Notes: generated by a model not told the origin, from the sequence alone. A DNA stretch of 64,000 nt from a virus (IMGVR_UViG_3300010340_000454:32001-96000), one strand, 5' to 3'; shown: positions 38,078 to 48,791, counted from the stretch's first letter. Numbers and translations: made by a program.

Positions 38078-38473
38078 GTGAACAAGAAACGAATCCTAGA
38101 ATTGGCAGAAGAGTCAAAGCCAGCCAGAACTTCCATGGAACGCTTGCAAGATTACGTCCAGAAATTGGAAGATTTAATTTCCGACTTGGTAGTTAGGACT
38201 CCTGAGAAAGCAGACAAGGAAATCCAATCTATACTTGCTGGCCTGAACAATATACGTGACAACTATATTCTAGATATTAAAGTAACGAAAGATTATTCTC
38301 CTAGTTTCTTTACTAAGGAACCTGACGTGGAATTTAAAAAGAAACTAGCAAGGAACCTATTAGTATATATGAATGGCAGGTTCAACGGGAAGTATAAAAA
38401 CGCTTTGCTAGAAGGTATAGCTAGCGAAGACCTAAACTACATGGAATACTTACAAACTTTGTTCACGGAGTAA
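38078..38473 (+). CDS. Hypothetical protein
   Basis: GTG start with an AGGT RBS. Confidence 0.6.
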   Translation: MNKKRILELAEESKPARTSMERLQDYVQKLEDLISDLVVRTPEKADKEIQSILAGLNNIRDNYILDIKVTKDYSPSFFTKEPDVEFKKKLARNLLVYMNGRFNGKYKNALLEGIASEDLNYMEYLQTLFTE

Positions 38474-38478
38474 ACCAG

Positions 38479-41400
38479 ATGCAAACTTTGATCGCACGTA
38501 CCCCAGTGACTGCCGCTGACGCTGGTATACTGAGGCCTACTTTCGGTGTAGATTTTTCTGCATTCGGTACAAAGGGTGCCGATGTACGTAAGATGCCTGC
38601 AGCGGTTCCAGGAACTTTTTTAGACTTGCTTACCCCAGCCGTATCTGCCAAGAAACGTGACCGTTATTCGTTCACCCCTAAGGGGCTTACCCAAGTCTTT
38701 GGCCGCGCGTTAGCCCGAGACTTGGCTGGTGCTATACTTCCTGACGACAAGCGTTCTGACCTGGAGATTACTAAGTTCTTTGACGAAGAGGAACTGCGTA
38801 AACTTTACACAGGTGTTACACCTTCGTTAGCAAAGCTAGTTCGCGTAAAGCGCGAAGGCAATAGCTGGATGCTCTCTTTGCCTATCCTTGCCATTAACCT
38901 AAGCTCTTTGATTAGAGACTGCATGAAACCGTATGAAGGCGAACCAACTTCTTACGTAGCTGCTGAACTTAACCGAATAGCTACATACGTTCTCCCTACG
39001 CTACGTGCCTTAGGGTGGCGTTTCGATAGCGCTCAAGTTAAATTCGATATTCCTAAGAATCGAGTCGGTACCTCACTTCACGGTGACTACTTACAGGCTA
39101 ATCAATTCTTTACTAAATACGTTAGAGGGTTTAGTGTCGAAGGAAATCACAAGGCAGCTTTTATCCGCACCCGTAATGGAGATGCGGCAACTACACTTGC
39201 GGAAGTTCCTATAGGCGAACCTGAAACGCTAGGAGCATTTATTAGAGGTGCGATGGAAACAAACTACATCGTTTACGCTAATGTTTTCCTGCCAGATGAA
39301 GAAGCTCCTTATTACTTTCAACAGCCTTCTGATGATGTTAAGCCGGGCACTGTTCTGGATTTTTTCTATCGCTGGTATCGTTATGCGTTCACTACTAAGA
39401 TAGAGTTGCCTACATTTACTCACCCTATTTCGGCACCCGTTAAGAAAAATGCAGCGTTTACGCCGCGCCCGAGAACCAACAACATCGGGCTTGTCCTAAC
39501 TAATAGGAATACTTTGCTTTATGTGCCCAACGACGCTAATGAGCTAGAAGCTTTTGAAGCTAGCTACTCTGAGCTAGCGGAAGCCGAAGAAGGTTATTAC
39601 ACTATCTCCAATAAAGGTGCAGCGGGCAAGAGTTCCAACATCACACACCGACTGCTGTACGTTGACTGGGTAAGCAACAAAATTATGTTTACCGGCGACA
39701 CCCCTAACATCCAGACCATAGACCTGGAAGCAACCTACAAGCCTAGCGCTGCTTCTATTGTTAAGCGATTGCTATGGACCTTTAGCTTCGATACCATTAA
39801 CACCATTGTTGCACCTATTGCAGCACGAAATAAAAAGGTGTTTGGCCAGGAAGATAGTCTAAAAAACTTTGCTTCCGCCGCTGAAATAGACAACCTAATA
39901 AATACACTTGTTTCTATTAACAATGTTTCAGGTAGAGCTTTTGCCCGAAGCGTACACGCTGACATGACTATTGAGGCATATTCGCTTGCTGCGCTTTCCT
40001 TCTTGTTCGACATTAACGAAGGCGGGAATAAGCGCTATAACGAAACTATTACAGCCGAGTTTACCTCTTATCCTGTACAGTTGCGTGATATTGTAACTAA
40101 CTCGGCAAATCCTCTACTTATTCCTATTGCTCGCTGGATTAAAGAAACCCATACTAAGGTAATGAAAGACCCGCTAAACTACATAAATAGTTGCGGAACT
40201 TCTCCTGCGGCCACTATGGAACACCTAGGTTTCCTTCTGCTGTTCAACGAAGCCGTAAAGTTTAAAGAATTAAAGATTGAAGACTACAACGAGCGCAAGG
40301 TTTACTTTGAACAGGATGAGTTGGACGAAGACTACGTACCTGCATTCAAAAATTCTGACGGCGTAGAAAAGCTGCTCCCTCACCAGGCCAAAGTCCTAAA
40401 CGCCAATAGAAAAATTCCTAAGTTTTCTATTATTGCAGTGGCAGCAGGCGGTGGTAAAACCATTATAGCTATCGAAGACATTATGAGGGCACTAGAAGAG
40501 GGGATAGTAAAGAAGCCTCTCGTAATTTGTCCTTCCTACCTTATGAAAGACTACGTAGCGGAAGTAAACTATGTATCCCAAGGTAAAACTAACGTTGTGG
40601 TATTTGACACCTCCGTTTTCAACGCTTACTCCAAGACTCCTGATACTTTTACAACGGGTCAGCGGGACTACTCTAAGCTGAAGGCTCTAGTAGATAACGC
40701 CCCTATTAACACTATCTATGTTACTGGATATGACACGTATGCTAGGTCAGGTAATCAATCCTCGGTGTACGGTGGGGAACTCGTATACTCTAATAGTCAT
40801 ATTGAGTTTATGCGGTCGTGTAATTTCGACGGCGTTTGGATGGATGAATCGCACTTCCTAAAAGCATCGGGCTCCAATCGAGCTATCGCGACCGAGACAC
40901 TTATCGCCGAGATTCCGTACAAGAGATTGCTGACAGGAACCATAGCGCCTAATAGCCTTGTGGATTTGGTTAGACAGGTTAGTTATTTCAGCCCAGACAT
41001 TTTAGGTAGCGAATCAGAGTTCCGCGTACGCTTCTCAGAAGATGGTTCGGACTCAGGCGCTTTTGTGGCTAGAAAAGGTGCGGAGTATGAAATTTTTAAG
41101 GAGCTAAAGAATCAGGTTGTGTTCCAAAACGTGCAGCGTAAGGAATGGGCAGCTTTGCTCCCTCGTATGCACGAACACTTTATACCTGCTTATCTAACGT
41201 CTAACCAAAAGAAAGTGTACGATATTCTTATCGGCGATATGGTGGACAAAATGTCCTCAGACTCTGAGGTTAAGACTTTTCTTAAGGAAGAACAGTCCGC
41301 AGACGTAGGAGACGCAGACGATATTGAACACGTTTTTGAGAACTACGAGGAAAATCTATCTGCTATAGAATCTTTCTTGGCTTCCCCTATGTCTACACCT

Positions 41401-43344
41401 ATGTCAGAAGAAATGCTAGTTAGCCCTGAAGATCGTGTTTCCCCTAAAGGGAAAGAAGTTTTAGAGATTATCAGAACGCACTTATCTAATCCAACGCAGT
41501 ACCCAGGCAAGATTATAGTTTTTTGTAATACTTACGCCTCGGTTGAGGGTATTTTCCGACAGTTCCCTCCTGAAATTCAGGCTGTTACGGTTAAATACTC
41601 CGCAGAAACAAAGACGGAAGATGAAGCTGAATTTAAGACTAACCCTAAGAAACGTGTGATTATAGGCATTTCGCAGTCTATGGAGACAGGCTTGAACCTG
41701 CAGATTGCGGATACTTTGATTCGCGTGGATAATGTGTGGAGCCCAGGTCGCTTTGAACAAGGCCTTGCACGAGTGAACCGCCCTAATCTAAAAGACAAAG
41801 GCGGCGACCCTCGTATGAAGACGGGCATCCACATGTACTACATTATGGTCGACCGCACTATCGACGTCCTAAAGACAGCGCGACTGACCTCTAAGACTGT
41901 GCAAATTGCCAAATTCTATAACGCAGGCACTGAGGACTATGTCCACTATGAGAACATAGGGTTTAATGCGGACGGAACACCTTTAGAGCCTATACGGGTC
42001 TCCATGGAAAACTTGAGACATGGACTAACCTATAGCGAAGACCTAATGCCTTATATGGAAGCCTACGAGCAGTATAGAGAGGCCGAAGATACTGTGTTTG
42101 ACGAGTATCAGAAAGCTCACCCTGAGCTTGTTCCTGTTGAGGTAAAACACACGGGTCTGCTAAAAGGCTCTAAGCTGCTAACACGTATCCCGTACACTCC
42201 AGGCATGTCTATTTTTGCTGCTGACAAGCTGGGTCTTGTACCTTACCCAACCTATAAGCGCCAATTCATAGAAAAGTACGGGGAAGCTCGGTGGGACCCG
42301 TCTAACCTTCCAGTACACACGGAATATGGTGAAGGGAATATAGGCAATGCCCGAGTAAACCATATTAGCGTACATTTGACCTCCGGCGGTACTGCTAACT
42401 TACAACCTTCCGTTATTTTTGTTATTACTAAGAAAGTAACGTCTACGAAGGAAATCCGACAGACACTCGCTGATATTGTTGGACTAGAAGGCTTAGAAAT
42501 TCAGCTAGAAAACTTTAGAGTAGAGAAACGCAAAGCACGAAAAGAGGCAAGGGAGCAAAGGTTAGCACAACGCGAGCTTGAGAAGCAAATGCGCTTAGCC
42601 GAACGTCAAAAGCGTAAGGAAGAAAAGCTACAGCCTACTGAAGTAGTGCGTGAGGACAAGCGCCGTAAGAAAGACGCGGAAGAGGAAATGATCGCGCCTG
42701 CTGACATGGAGGAGAACAGCACTATTAGTCTCTACCTGACTCTTACTAACGACATGATTTCCTTAGCGACCTCCGCAGACGACCCTGACGCTAACTACAG
42801 GGAACTGAAACCTTACGGGTTCAACCTAGTACGCCCCTATTGGTATCTTGAGTTGAAACAGGCAGCCGCGCTAGACACCTTTATTGACAAGCTAGATCAA
42901 ATGTCGCAGAAAGGAACTATTGTTATCAATGATAAATACTTCTACATGTTGGAAGACATTTATAATGAGTTCAAACAAGGTAGAAGCAAGCTACTACAGG
43001 TGTCTCAACGAACCACTACAGAAATTGGTCACTTCCTTATAGACCGTCGCCGTAAGATTACAAATCCGCTAGAGATTCGCCCTGTTCCTATGATCGTAGA
43101 TGGTAGTCTATACATCTGTATGGATACGCTCATTCACAATCCCGCTATTGTTCAAAAGGTTAAGCGTATTCAGGTCCCTGGAGTTAAGTGGGAACTGCAA
43201 GATGATGCACTGATAGCCTTCTTCACTAGAAAGTCGGAAGTTATGAGCACAGTCAAGGAGCTTAAGGCAGACGGCTTCATTATTGAAAACGAAGCGGAGC
43301 TTAAGGAAGCATACAATCAACTTAAAGTAAGAGGCGTAAAATGA
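38479..43344 (+). CDS. Large SNF2/SWI2-family ATPase
   Basis: LLPHQ, AGGGKT, DESH, LTGT, ETGLNLQ and QGLARVNR helicase motifs. Confidence 0.9.
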   Translation: MQTLIARTPVTAADAGILRPTFGVDFSAFGTKGADVRKMPAAVPGTFLDLLTPAVSAKKRDRYSFTPKGLTQVFGRALARDLAGAILPDDKRSDLEITKFFDEEELRKLYTGVTPSLAKLVRVKREGNSWMLSLPILAINLSSLIRDCMKPYEGEPTSYVAAELNRIATYVLPTLRALGWRFDSAQVKFDIPKNRVGTSLHGDYLQANQFFTKYVRGFSVEGNHKAAFIRTRNGDAATTLAEVPIGEPETLGAFIRGAMETNYIVYANVFLPDEEAPYYFQQPSDDVKPGTVLDFFYRWYRYAFTTKIELPTFTHPISAPVKKNAAFTPRPRTNNIGLVLTNRNTLLYVPNDANELEAFEASYSELAEAEEGYYTISNKGAAGKSSNITHRLLYVDWVSNKIMFTGDTPNIQTIDLEATYKPSAASIVKRLLWTFSFDTINTIVAPIAARNKKVFGQEDSLKNFASAAEIDNLINTLVSINNVSGRAFARSVHADMTIEAYSLAALSFLFDINEGGNKRYNETITAEFTSYPVQLRDIVTNSANPLLIPIARWIKETHTKVMKDPLNYINSCGTSPAATMEHLGFLLLFNEAVKFKELKIEDYNERKVYFEQDELDEDYVPAFKNSDGVEKLLPHQAKVLNANRKIPKFSIIAVAAGGGKTIIAIEDIMRALEEGIVKKPLVICPSYLMKDYVAEVNYVSQGKTNVVVFDTSVFNAYSKTPDTFTTGQRDYSKLKALVDNAPINTIYVTGYDTYARSGNQSSVYGGELVYSNSHIEFMRSCNFDGVWMDESHFLKASGSNRAIATETLIAEIPYKRLLTGTIAPNSLVDLVRQVSYFSPDILGSESEFRVRFSEDGSDSGAFVARKGAEYEIFKELKNQVVFQNVQRKEWAALLPRMHEHFIPAYLTSNQKKVYDILIGDMVDKMSSDSEVKTFLKEEQSADVGDADDIEHVFENYEENLSAIESFLASPMSTPMSEEMLVSPEDRVSPKGKEVLEIIRTHLSNPTQYPGKIIVFCNTYASVEGIFRQFPPEIQAVTVKYSAETKTEDEAEFKTNPKKRVIIGISQSMETGLNLQIADTLIRVDNVWSPGRFEQGLARVNRPNLKDKGGDPRMKTGIHMYYIMVDRTIDVLKTARLTSKTVQIAKFYNAGTEDYVHYENIGFNADGTPLEPIRVSMENLRHGLTYSEDLMPYMEAYEQYREAEDTVFDEYQKAHPELVPVEVKHTGLLKGSKLLTRIPYTPGMSIFAADKLGLVPYPTYKRQFIEKYGEARWDPSNLPVHTEYGEGNIGNARVNHISVHLTSGGTANLQPSVIFVITKKVTSTKEIRQTLADIVGLEGLEIQLENFRVEKRKARKEAREQRLAQRELEKQMRLAERQKRKEEKLQPTEVVREDKRRKKDAEEEMIAPADMEENSTISLYLTLTNDMISLATSADDPDANYRELKPYGFNLVRPYWYLELKQAAALDTFIDKLDQMSQKGTIVINDKYFYMLEDIYNEFKQGRSKLLQVSQRTTTEIGHFLIDRRRKITNPLEIRPVPMIVDGSLYICMDTLIHNPAIVQKVKRIQVPGVKWELQDDALIAFFTRKSEVMSTVKELKADGFIIENEAELKEAYNQLKVRGVK

Positions 43345-43892
43345 AAAAAGTTTCCCCCGACGTGGTACTAAAGATTCAAATTTTTCTGAAGGAAGCCAGC
43401 ATTTTTTACGGTGTTCCTTCAGAATCTTGGAGTGCTCAAGCTATAAACGCCCTTAAGGAGTACCGGAGACGTAAGGGAACTAAGTTTCCTAACTATACAA
43501 CGATGCCGGGTAGTGTCGAAGAATTGCCTGAAGAGTTGCAAAAATACATTCAGGACAAGGAAGGCGCCTCTAATGTCGAGGTGGTAGGTGAGGACGAAGC
43601 TACGTCTGACACCCTTGAGCTTTCTTCAGACCAACAGGCTTCGCTGCAACGCGCTATTGACTACGCTGAAAATAATCCTCCTAAGGAAACTACAGGTGAA
43701 GACCTGGAGGAATTATTTAAGGGTGAGCCTACTGAAGAGAAGGATGAAGCGAGCGACAACATTGAAATCGTTACTAAGGTTGCGGCTACTGAGCCTGTAA
43801 AGCAGGAAAGCGCCCCTGAAGTAGCGGCTCAAGCGCCTGCTGCACCCATAGTCAATCCTACTTCTGCTTCTTCTAAAAAGAAGAGACGGTAA
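43341..43892 (+). CDS. Hypothetical acidic protein
   Basis: ATGA overlap; acidic low-complexity C-half. Confidence 0.65.
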   Translation: MKKVSPDVVLKIQIFLKEASIFYGVPSESWSAQAINALKEYRRRKGTKFPNYTTMPGSVEELPEELQKYIQDKEGASNVEVVGEDEATSDTLELSSDQQASLQRAIDYAENNPPKETTGEDLEELFKGEPTEEKDEASDNIEIVTKVAATEPVKQESAPEVAAQAPAAPIVNPTSASSKKKRR

Positions 43893-43926
43893 TACTGTTA
43901 AGTGTAGTATATAGCACACTAACATT

Positions 43927-43953
43927 AAGCCCTTACTAACCCTAAGGGCTTTT
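43927..43953 (+). terminator. Rho-independent terminator
   Basis: AAGCCCTTA...TAAGGGCTT followed by TT. Confidence 0.8.
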
Positions 43954-43956
43954 CAC

Positions 43957-43964
43957 CTGTAAAG
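43957..43964 (+). promoter_or_regulatory. Putative motif B (CTGTAAAG)
   Basis: Between the terminator and the polymerase ATG. Confidence 0.5.
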
Positions 43965-43974
43965 GTACATTGGA

Positions 43975-46900
43975 ATGTTTGACTACGTTGAATACAGGGA
44001 CTTTGAAAACAGAGTCCCTAAGTACTGGAAGTCTGTTTCTTCTAAATGCACGCCGTTCAACCTAAAGATTCCTGTTGAGAAAAAGTGGAGCAAGGCGTCT
44101 CGCAGGGTTCTTATTGTGGTTGGACACGTCGCGTCTGAGGACCTGAGTGCAGAACAACTGCTATCAGGAAATTCTAAAAAGGTTCTGGTTAATTGTTTCG
44201 AGTACGCTAAGAGGCTAGCCCAGCCTTACGGATACGTAGAGGACAATTCCACAGCCTATGCAGCAATCAATTTCAATTTTTTCAAGAACTACCACCTATC
44301 AAATACAGATCGTACTAAGTCGGATTCAGATGCAGCTAATAGAGTACGCGCCTACATACGCGAGGTCGACCCTACGCACATTCTTTGTTTGGGGGAAGAG
44401 CCGAGTTCCTCGTTGTTCGGTGACGACATTAACTTGGTCTTGAATAAGAAAGGCTGGGTACACAAAATAAAAGTGGAAGGTCGCACTAGGACAGTAGTTA
44501 CAACAATAGACTATAGTGAAGCAGTAATTAACTCTAATAAATCTTCTTCTTTCGAGGATGATGGTGGAGATAACGGCGAAGGGGCGTTGAAGGCTGCGTA
44601 TACTCTAGGGTATCTATGCCGCAACATTCGCAACCTTCTGCTAGACCGAAATCCACATGACATTGGCCACATAAAAGTAAAGCCTTACCTAGTAGACACT
44701 ATAGAAAAGTTTGACGAAATGATGAAAGAGTTGAAAGCAGCTAAAAAGATTGCTTTTGATACGGAAACTGCCAACCTAAATAAAATAGCTAACAAGTTGT
44801 TGGTTATGCAGTTCTCCACCACCTCAAAGCGCGGCTATATTCTTCCATACCTCCACAAAGACACTCCGTTTAACAAAGGCGAGCTAGACTATATTAGGAA
44901 AAAACTGCGTAAATTCTTTATGCAGAAAAAAGAAATGAGCCTTGACGAATACCTTATAATGTACAACGGCAAATTTGACTTGACTGTTGTAAAGCAGGCC
45001 TTAGGAATACCTTTTATATATTGGCCTGTATACGATGCAATGGTTGGCGAACATACCCACGATGAAACCTTGCGGTTCATGGAAAATCAGTCTAGCACAC
45101 CGCACGGTAACATGGCACAAACTTGCTGTACTTATGGAAGCGCTTTCTATTTTGAAGCAGGTTTTTCCAAGAAAGATCGCGGTAATATGGAAGCAACCGA
45201 CCTGTATGATAGGGACTTCCAAAAATACTGCGCTGCGGATACCCAGCTACTGCTAGCGGTGCACGACGAACAAGTATCTAGGGCCAAGCACTTGATACAT
45301 AAAGAGAGCGGGGAATCGGTTTCTTTTAAGCAGGATTTCTTGCGCGTTGTTATCAATCAAATGTCTAACAATATACATGTGTTTGCTGCTATGGAACACC
45401 GCGGTGTCCACATGGATGCCAAGTACTTATCCTTTATGAAAACCCGAGAGTCTCCTATATCTAAATCTATTACTGACCACATCAGAAACTTCAACAAAAT
45501 TGAAGCTGTCCGAAAGGCCAACGATGCGCTTCTGGAAGATGAAGGCGAAGTACAGGAGGGAGGTCTGTTCAATATAACACCTTGGGTATTCGATATAGGT
45601 AAGCCTGCACATAAAGATAAATTATTCTTCGATATTCTAGGCCTCAAGGCACTCTCGTACGGTAAGAAAGGAACACCTAAACTAGATAAATCTTTCAAGA
45701 GCGCGTATGCTGACGTACCTGAAGTAGCTATGCTAAACGACTTGGAAAAATTAAAGAAATTGAAGTCTTCCTACGTGGATGCTTTTGCCCGACAGCTTAA
45801 TGAGCCTGACGGCAAAGTGGATATGAGACTGCGCCCTATGTACGGATTCTTTAAGGTTCTGTCAGGGCGCTCCAACTCAGAGAAGCCTTCTTTGCAACAG
45901 GTTCCTCAGCACTCTGCCAACGCCAAGTACATTAAGCGGATGTTTGCCCCTGAACAAGGCAAACTTATAGTTAAGATGGACTACTCCGCGCATGAAGTAA
46001 GAGGATGGTCTATTATTAGTCACGATAAACTTCTAGCCGAGCTTTTCGCTATCGGTAGACGCATTCGCCAATCGTATAGGGCTACAGGTAAAAAGAAATA
46101 TGCGCTTGAGCTTCAACTAAAGGGCGACGTTCACAAACTAAACGTGGAATTCTTCTTCGGTACGCCTATTGACAAGGTAACTAAGGAAGAACGTAACGCT
46201 ATTAAAGGTGTGGTGTTCGGCGCTATCTACGGTAAGTCCTATAAGACCTTGGCGAAAGACTTGAAAAAAGACGATAGTTTCACTAAGGATTTATACGACA
46301 GGTTCTTTGCTCGGTTCAAGAAAGCCGCAGCTTGGCTGGAATGGGCAAAAGCTTTCGGACAGAAGAACCTTTTTGTTAAGTCTGCTCTAGGTAGGCGTCG
46401 CCATCTTTTTGGTCATCTTATAGGAGATAAAGGCGTAAGCGCTGCTATGGATCGCCGCGCTATGAACTCACCTATTCAAGGTATGGGTGCAGATTTTGGT
46501 CACACTGGTTCGCGCATAACCGAAATGCACTTGTATGAGTACCTACAAAAAGTAGGCGAACTAGACGAAGATTCAACACATTGCCCTATAGGAACCGAGA
46601 TCATGGTGCATGACTCCATCTTCTCTAGCGCCCCACTAAAGCATATCTTGGCAACCGCCCAGATTATGCAATGGTGTACTACCCTGGGAGTGCAGGCATA
46701 TTACGATAAGTACTTCGACCTGAAGTTTACGGTGCCTGTAGAAATTGAAATGGAATTTGGCGCCTCTCAGGACGCTACCTACAAGTGGGACTGGTCTAAC
46801 TCTGGTTATGATCCACAGATCCACGAATGGAACGAAGACTCTTTAGCATATCACGGGTACAAACTGAAATCCTATGACAAAGAGAGTGGCGCCTACAGAG

Positions 46901-47136
46901 TAAAGAAAGATGGCGAAACTTTGGAAGGCAAGGCTATTAAAGACGGTTTCTTTTCTATAGAAGAAGCTATACGCTTGTCTCTGCAGGATCATGCTAAAAT
47001 TTATCCTGACCTTGACCCAGAAAAAGAGTTCAAACGTGTGTTTAAGGATTGGGAAATAAGCAAGACCAAAAAGTATCTGGACAAGCACTATCCAATCCTA
47101 GACAACTATAAGGAAGAGTATAAGGAGTGCGTCTAA
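43975..47136 (+). CDS. Family A DNA polymerase with 3'-5' exonuclease and N-terminal UDG-like domain
   Basis: Exonuclease motifs FDTET, YNGKFD and YCAAD; polymerase motifs DYSAHEVR, RNAIKGVVFGAIYG and VHDS; N-terminal VLIVVG..P.HILCLGE. Confidence 0.95.
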   Translation: MFDYVEYRDFENRVPKYWKSVSSKCTPFNLKIPVEKKWSKASRRVLIVVGHVASEDLSAEQLLSGNSKKVLVNCFEYAKRLAQPYGYVEDNSTAYAAINFNFFKNYHLSNTDRTKSDSDAANRVRAYIREVDPTHILCLGEEPSSSLFGDDINLVLNKKGWVHKIKVEGRTRTVVTTIDYSEAVINSNKSSSFEDDGGDNGEGALKAAYTLGYLCRNIRNLLLDRNPHDIGHIKVKPYLVDTIEKFDEMMKELKAAKKIAFDTETANLNKIANKLLVMQFSTTSKRGYILPYLHKDTPFNKGELDYIRKKLRKFFMQKKEMSLDEYLIMYNGKFDLTVVKQALGIPFIYWPVYDAMVGEHTHDETLRFMENQSSTPHGNMAQTCCTYGSAFYFEAGFSKKDRGNMEATDLYDRDFQKYCAADTQLLLAVHDEQVSRAKHLIHKESGESVSFKQDFLRVVINQMSNNIHVFAAMEHRGVHMDAKYLSFMKTRESPISKSITDHIRNFNKIEAVRKANDALLEDEGEVQEGGLFNITPWVFDIGKPAHKDKLFFDILGLKALSYGKKGTPKLDKSFKSAYADVPEVAMLNDLEKLKKLKSSYVDAFARQLNEPDGKVDMRLRPMYGFFKVLSGRSNSEKPSLQQVPQHSANAKYIKRMFAPEQGKLIVKMDYSAHEVRGWSIISHDKLLAELFAIGRRIRQSYRATGKKKYALELQLKGDVHKLNVEFFFGTPIDKVTKEERNAIKGVVFGAIYGKSYKTLAKDLKKDDSFTKDLYDRFFARFKKAAAWLEWAKAFGQKNLFVKSALGRRRHLFGHLIGDKGVSAAMDRRAMNSPIQGMGADFGHTGSRITEMHLYEYLQKVGELDEDSTHCPIGTEIMVHDSIFSSAPLKHILATAQIMQWCTTLGVQAYYDKYFDLKFTVPVEIEMEFGASQDATYKWDWSNSGYDPQIHEWNEDSLAYHGYKLKSYDKESGAYRVKKDGETLEGKAIKDGFFSIEEAIRLSLQDHAKIYPDLDPEKEFKRVFKDWEISKTKKYLDKHYPILDNYKEEYKECV

Positions 47137-47172
47137 ATTCTTTATACTCTACCAAGTAGGCATGTATAAGAC

Positions 47173-47183
47173 TACTGTAAAGT
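47173..47183 (+). promoter_or_regulatory. Putative motif B (TACTGTAAAGT)
   Basis: Exact repeat of the 11-mer, intergenic. Confidence 0.6.
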
Positions 47184-47210
47184 TAAGGATATACTCATGG
47201 GAGTAGACCA

Positions 47211-47978
47211 ATGCAAAATGATTTTAAAATACCTATTATTCACGTAGACCCTCCTCAGTATAGGTGTCAGGATAAAAAAATCCTAGAAGAAGTCAGGTGC
47301 GCTCCAATCAACCCAAACGCTTTGCCTATTCTTCATATAACTCGAGGCTTTGAAGATGAAGGCTCCTTAATAGGGCAACCTCAGGCTCGTATCATAATAG
47401 GAGGATGTGCGGTAGGCCGTAAAGACTGCCAACCACAGAGTGATATAGGGGCCGCTGCGTCTAAAGTAATGAGCATTGCCGAAATTATAGTAGAGCTTTA
47501 TAAGATAGGCGCAGACAAAATTAAGACAGTAGTTATCTCTGAAGGCGATTCACCGCAGTACCGTACACAAACTGCTGCATTATCAAACGCCCTAAAAGAT
47601 AATGGGTGGAATACCCATCTGGAAACCTCAGGATTTCTTATAGACACCAAGTACTATAATTGGTTTAACTACATATCTATAGCAATTAAGACTACGTATT
47701 CCACAGCACCGTCCGACAACAAGCATATTAGAAAAATTATTGAATACTCTATGCTAACACCTCAACCCCACCAAATTAAGGCTAGGGTATCCTGCGTAGA
47801 GGACCTTCAGTGGATAGAGGAAAAGTTTAGACCTCTTCTATTGCAAAAAGAACGCCCACTAATCATTACTACACAAACAGAAGATACTACCGCTTTTGAC
47901 TTAGTACAAGATTGGATTAGACCGGAGTACAACGTAAGAGTTATTGCCTCACAACACGTTATATTAAAACAACGGTGA
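47211..47978 (+). CDS. Degenerate QueE-like radical SAM protein
   Basis: EDEG..IG.P..GGCAVGRKDC, VVISEG, HLETSG and SQH align with QueE, but the middle Cys is Arg. Confidence 0.7.
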   Translation: MQNDFKIPIIHVDPPQYRCQDKKILEEVRCAPINPNALPILHITRGFEDEGSLIGQPQARIIIGGCAVGRKDCQPQSDIGAAASKVMSIAEIIVELYKIGADKIKTVVISEGDSPQYRTQTAALSNALKDNGWNTHLETSGFLIDTKYYNWFNYISIAIKTTYSTAPSDNKHIRKIIEYSMLTPQPHQIKARVSCVEDLQWIEEKFRPLLLQKERPLIITTQTEDTTAFDLVQDWIRPEYNVRVIASQHVILKQR

Positions 47979-47981
47979 CTT

Positions 47982-48791
47982 ATGTTTGGAGTATTGGTGC
48001 TTTATAATTCAACAAAAAATAGTAACAACCTAACTGAAATATGTAAGGGTTTGTGCAAAGACCAAAAGGTAACATACGCTACCGCGAATGACCTACATAT
48101 AGAGGTGGACCCTGATACATTAAACCTACAGACAGGGGATTTTTTCCTGTCGAGTTCAGATCAAGCCTGTAGCGTACCCATCCCTTCGAAAGGAAGCGCT
48201 GCCGTATCTTGGTTCAACGGGTTCGTTACTCAGCCTAGTAAGGAAGAGCTAGACGCATTTACCGGAATCAGTGACGATACCTGTAGTAGCGACGGGTACT
48301 ATCCAGCAAAACTTTTGGTTAAGTTAAACAGCTACAAGCACCCGCATAGTCAAGATTTAGAAATGAATTATACTAAGTTAGTACATTCTAGAGTGACGTG
48401 CCTAATTGAGGGAATGTTTTCTTTTTGTTTAGCCTATCTGACCAAGAGTAGTAGGTCTAGGGTAGTGCTAGCTGCGAAAGATAAAGACCTATATATTACT
48501 CTGGCGTATTCCACAGACTTCTACGCTTTGGTTTGGTCCGATGACGTAAGCACAAGCAGCAGATTTAGAGACGCTGACTGCTACATTTATGGGCTAACGC
48601 CACTATCAAATAACGGAACTCTAGTATTACATCCAAAGTTTTTAACTTCAAAGTGGAGAAAGTGGAGGTCCCCTTCTCAGGAAGGAAATAAAGCCCCGAA
48701 CGCTTTGAGGGCTGTATCCATATTGGAGTCCTACCTAAAAAGAAATACGGTAGACTTCTGTGCGGATAAGTACGATTGTACAATTATTTAG
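47982..48791 (+). CDS. Degenerate class II glutamine amidotransferase-like protein
   Basis: MFGV (cf. MCGI), FNG (cf. HNG), IEGMFSF, VLAAKDKDLY. Confidence 0.5.
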   Translation: MFGVLVLYNSTKNSNNLTEICKGLCKDQKVTYATANDLHIEVDPDTLNLQTGDFFLSSSDQACSVPIPSKGSAAVSWFNGFVTQPSKEELDAFTGISDDTCSSDGYYPAKLLVKLNSYKHPHSQDLEMNYTKLVHSRVTCLIEGMFSFCLAYLTKSSRSRVVLAAKDKDLYITLAYSTDFYALVWSDDVSTSSRFRDADCYIYGLTPLSNNGTLVLHPKFLTSKWRKWRSPSQEGNKAPNALRAVSILESYLKRNTVDFCADKYDCTII

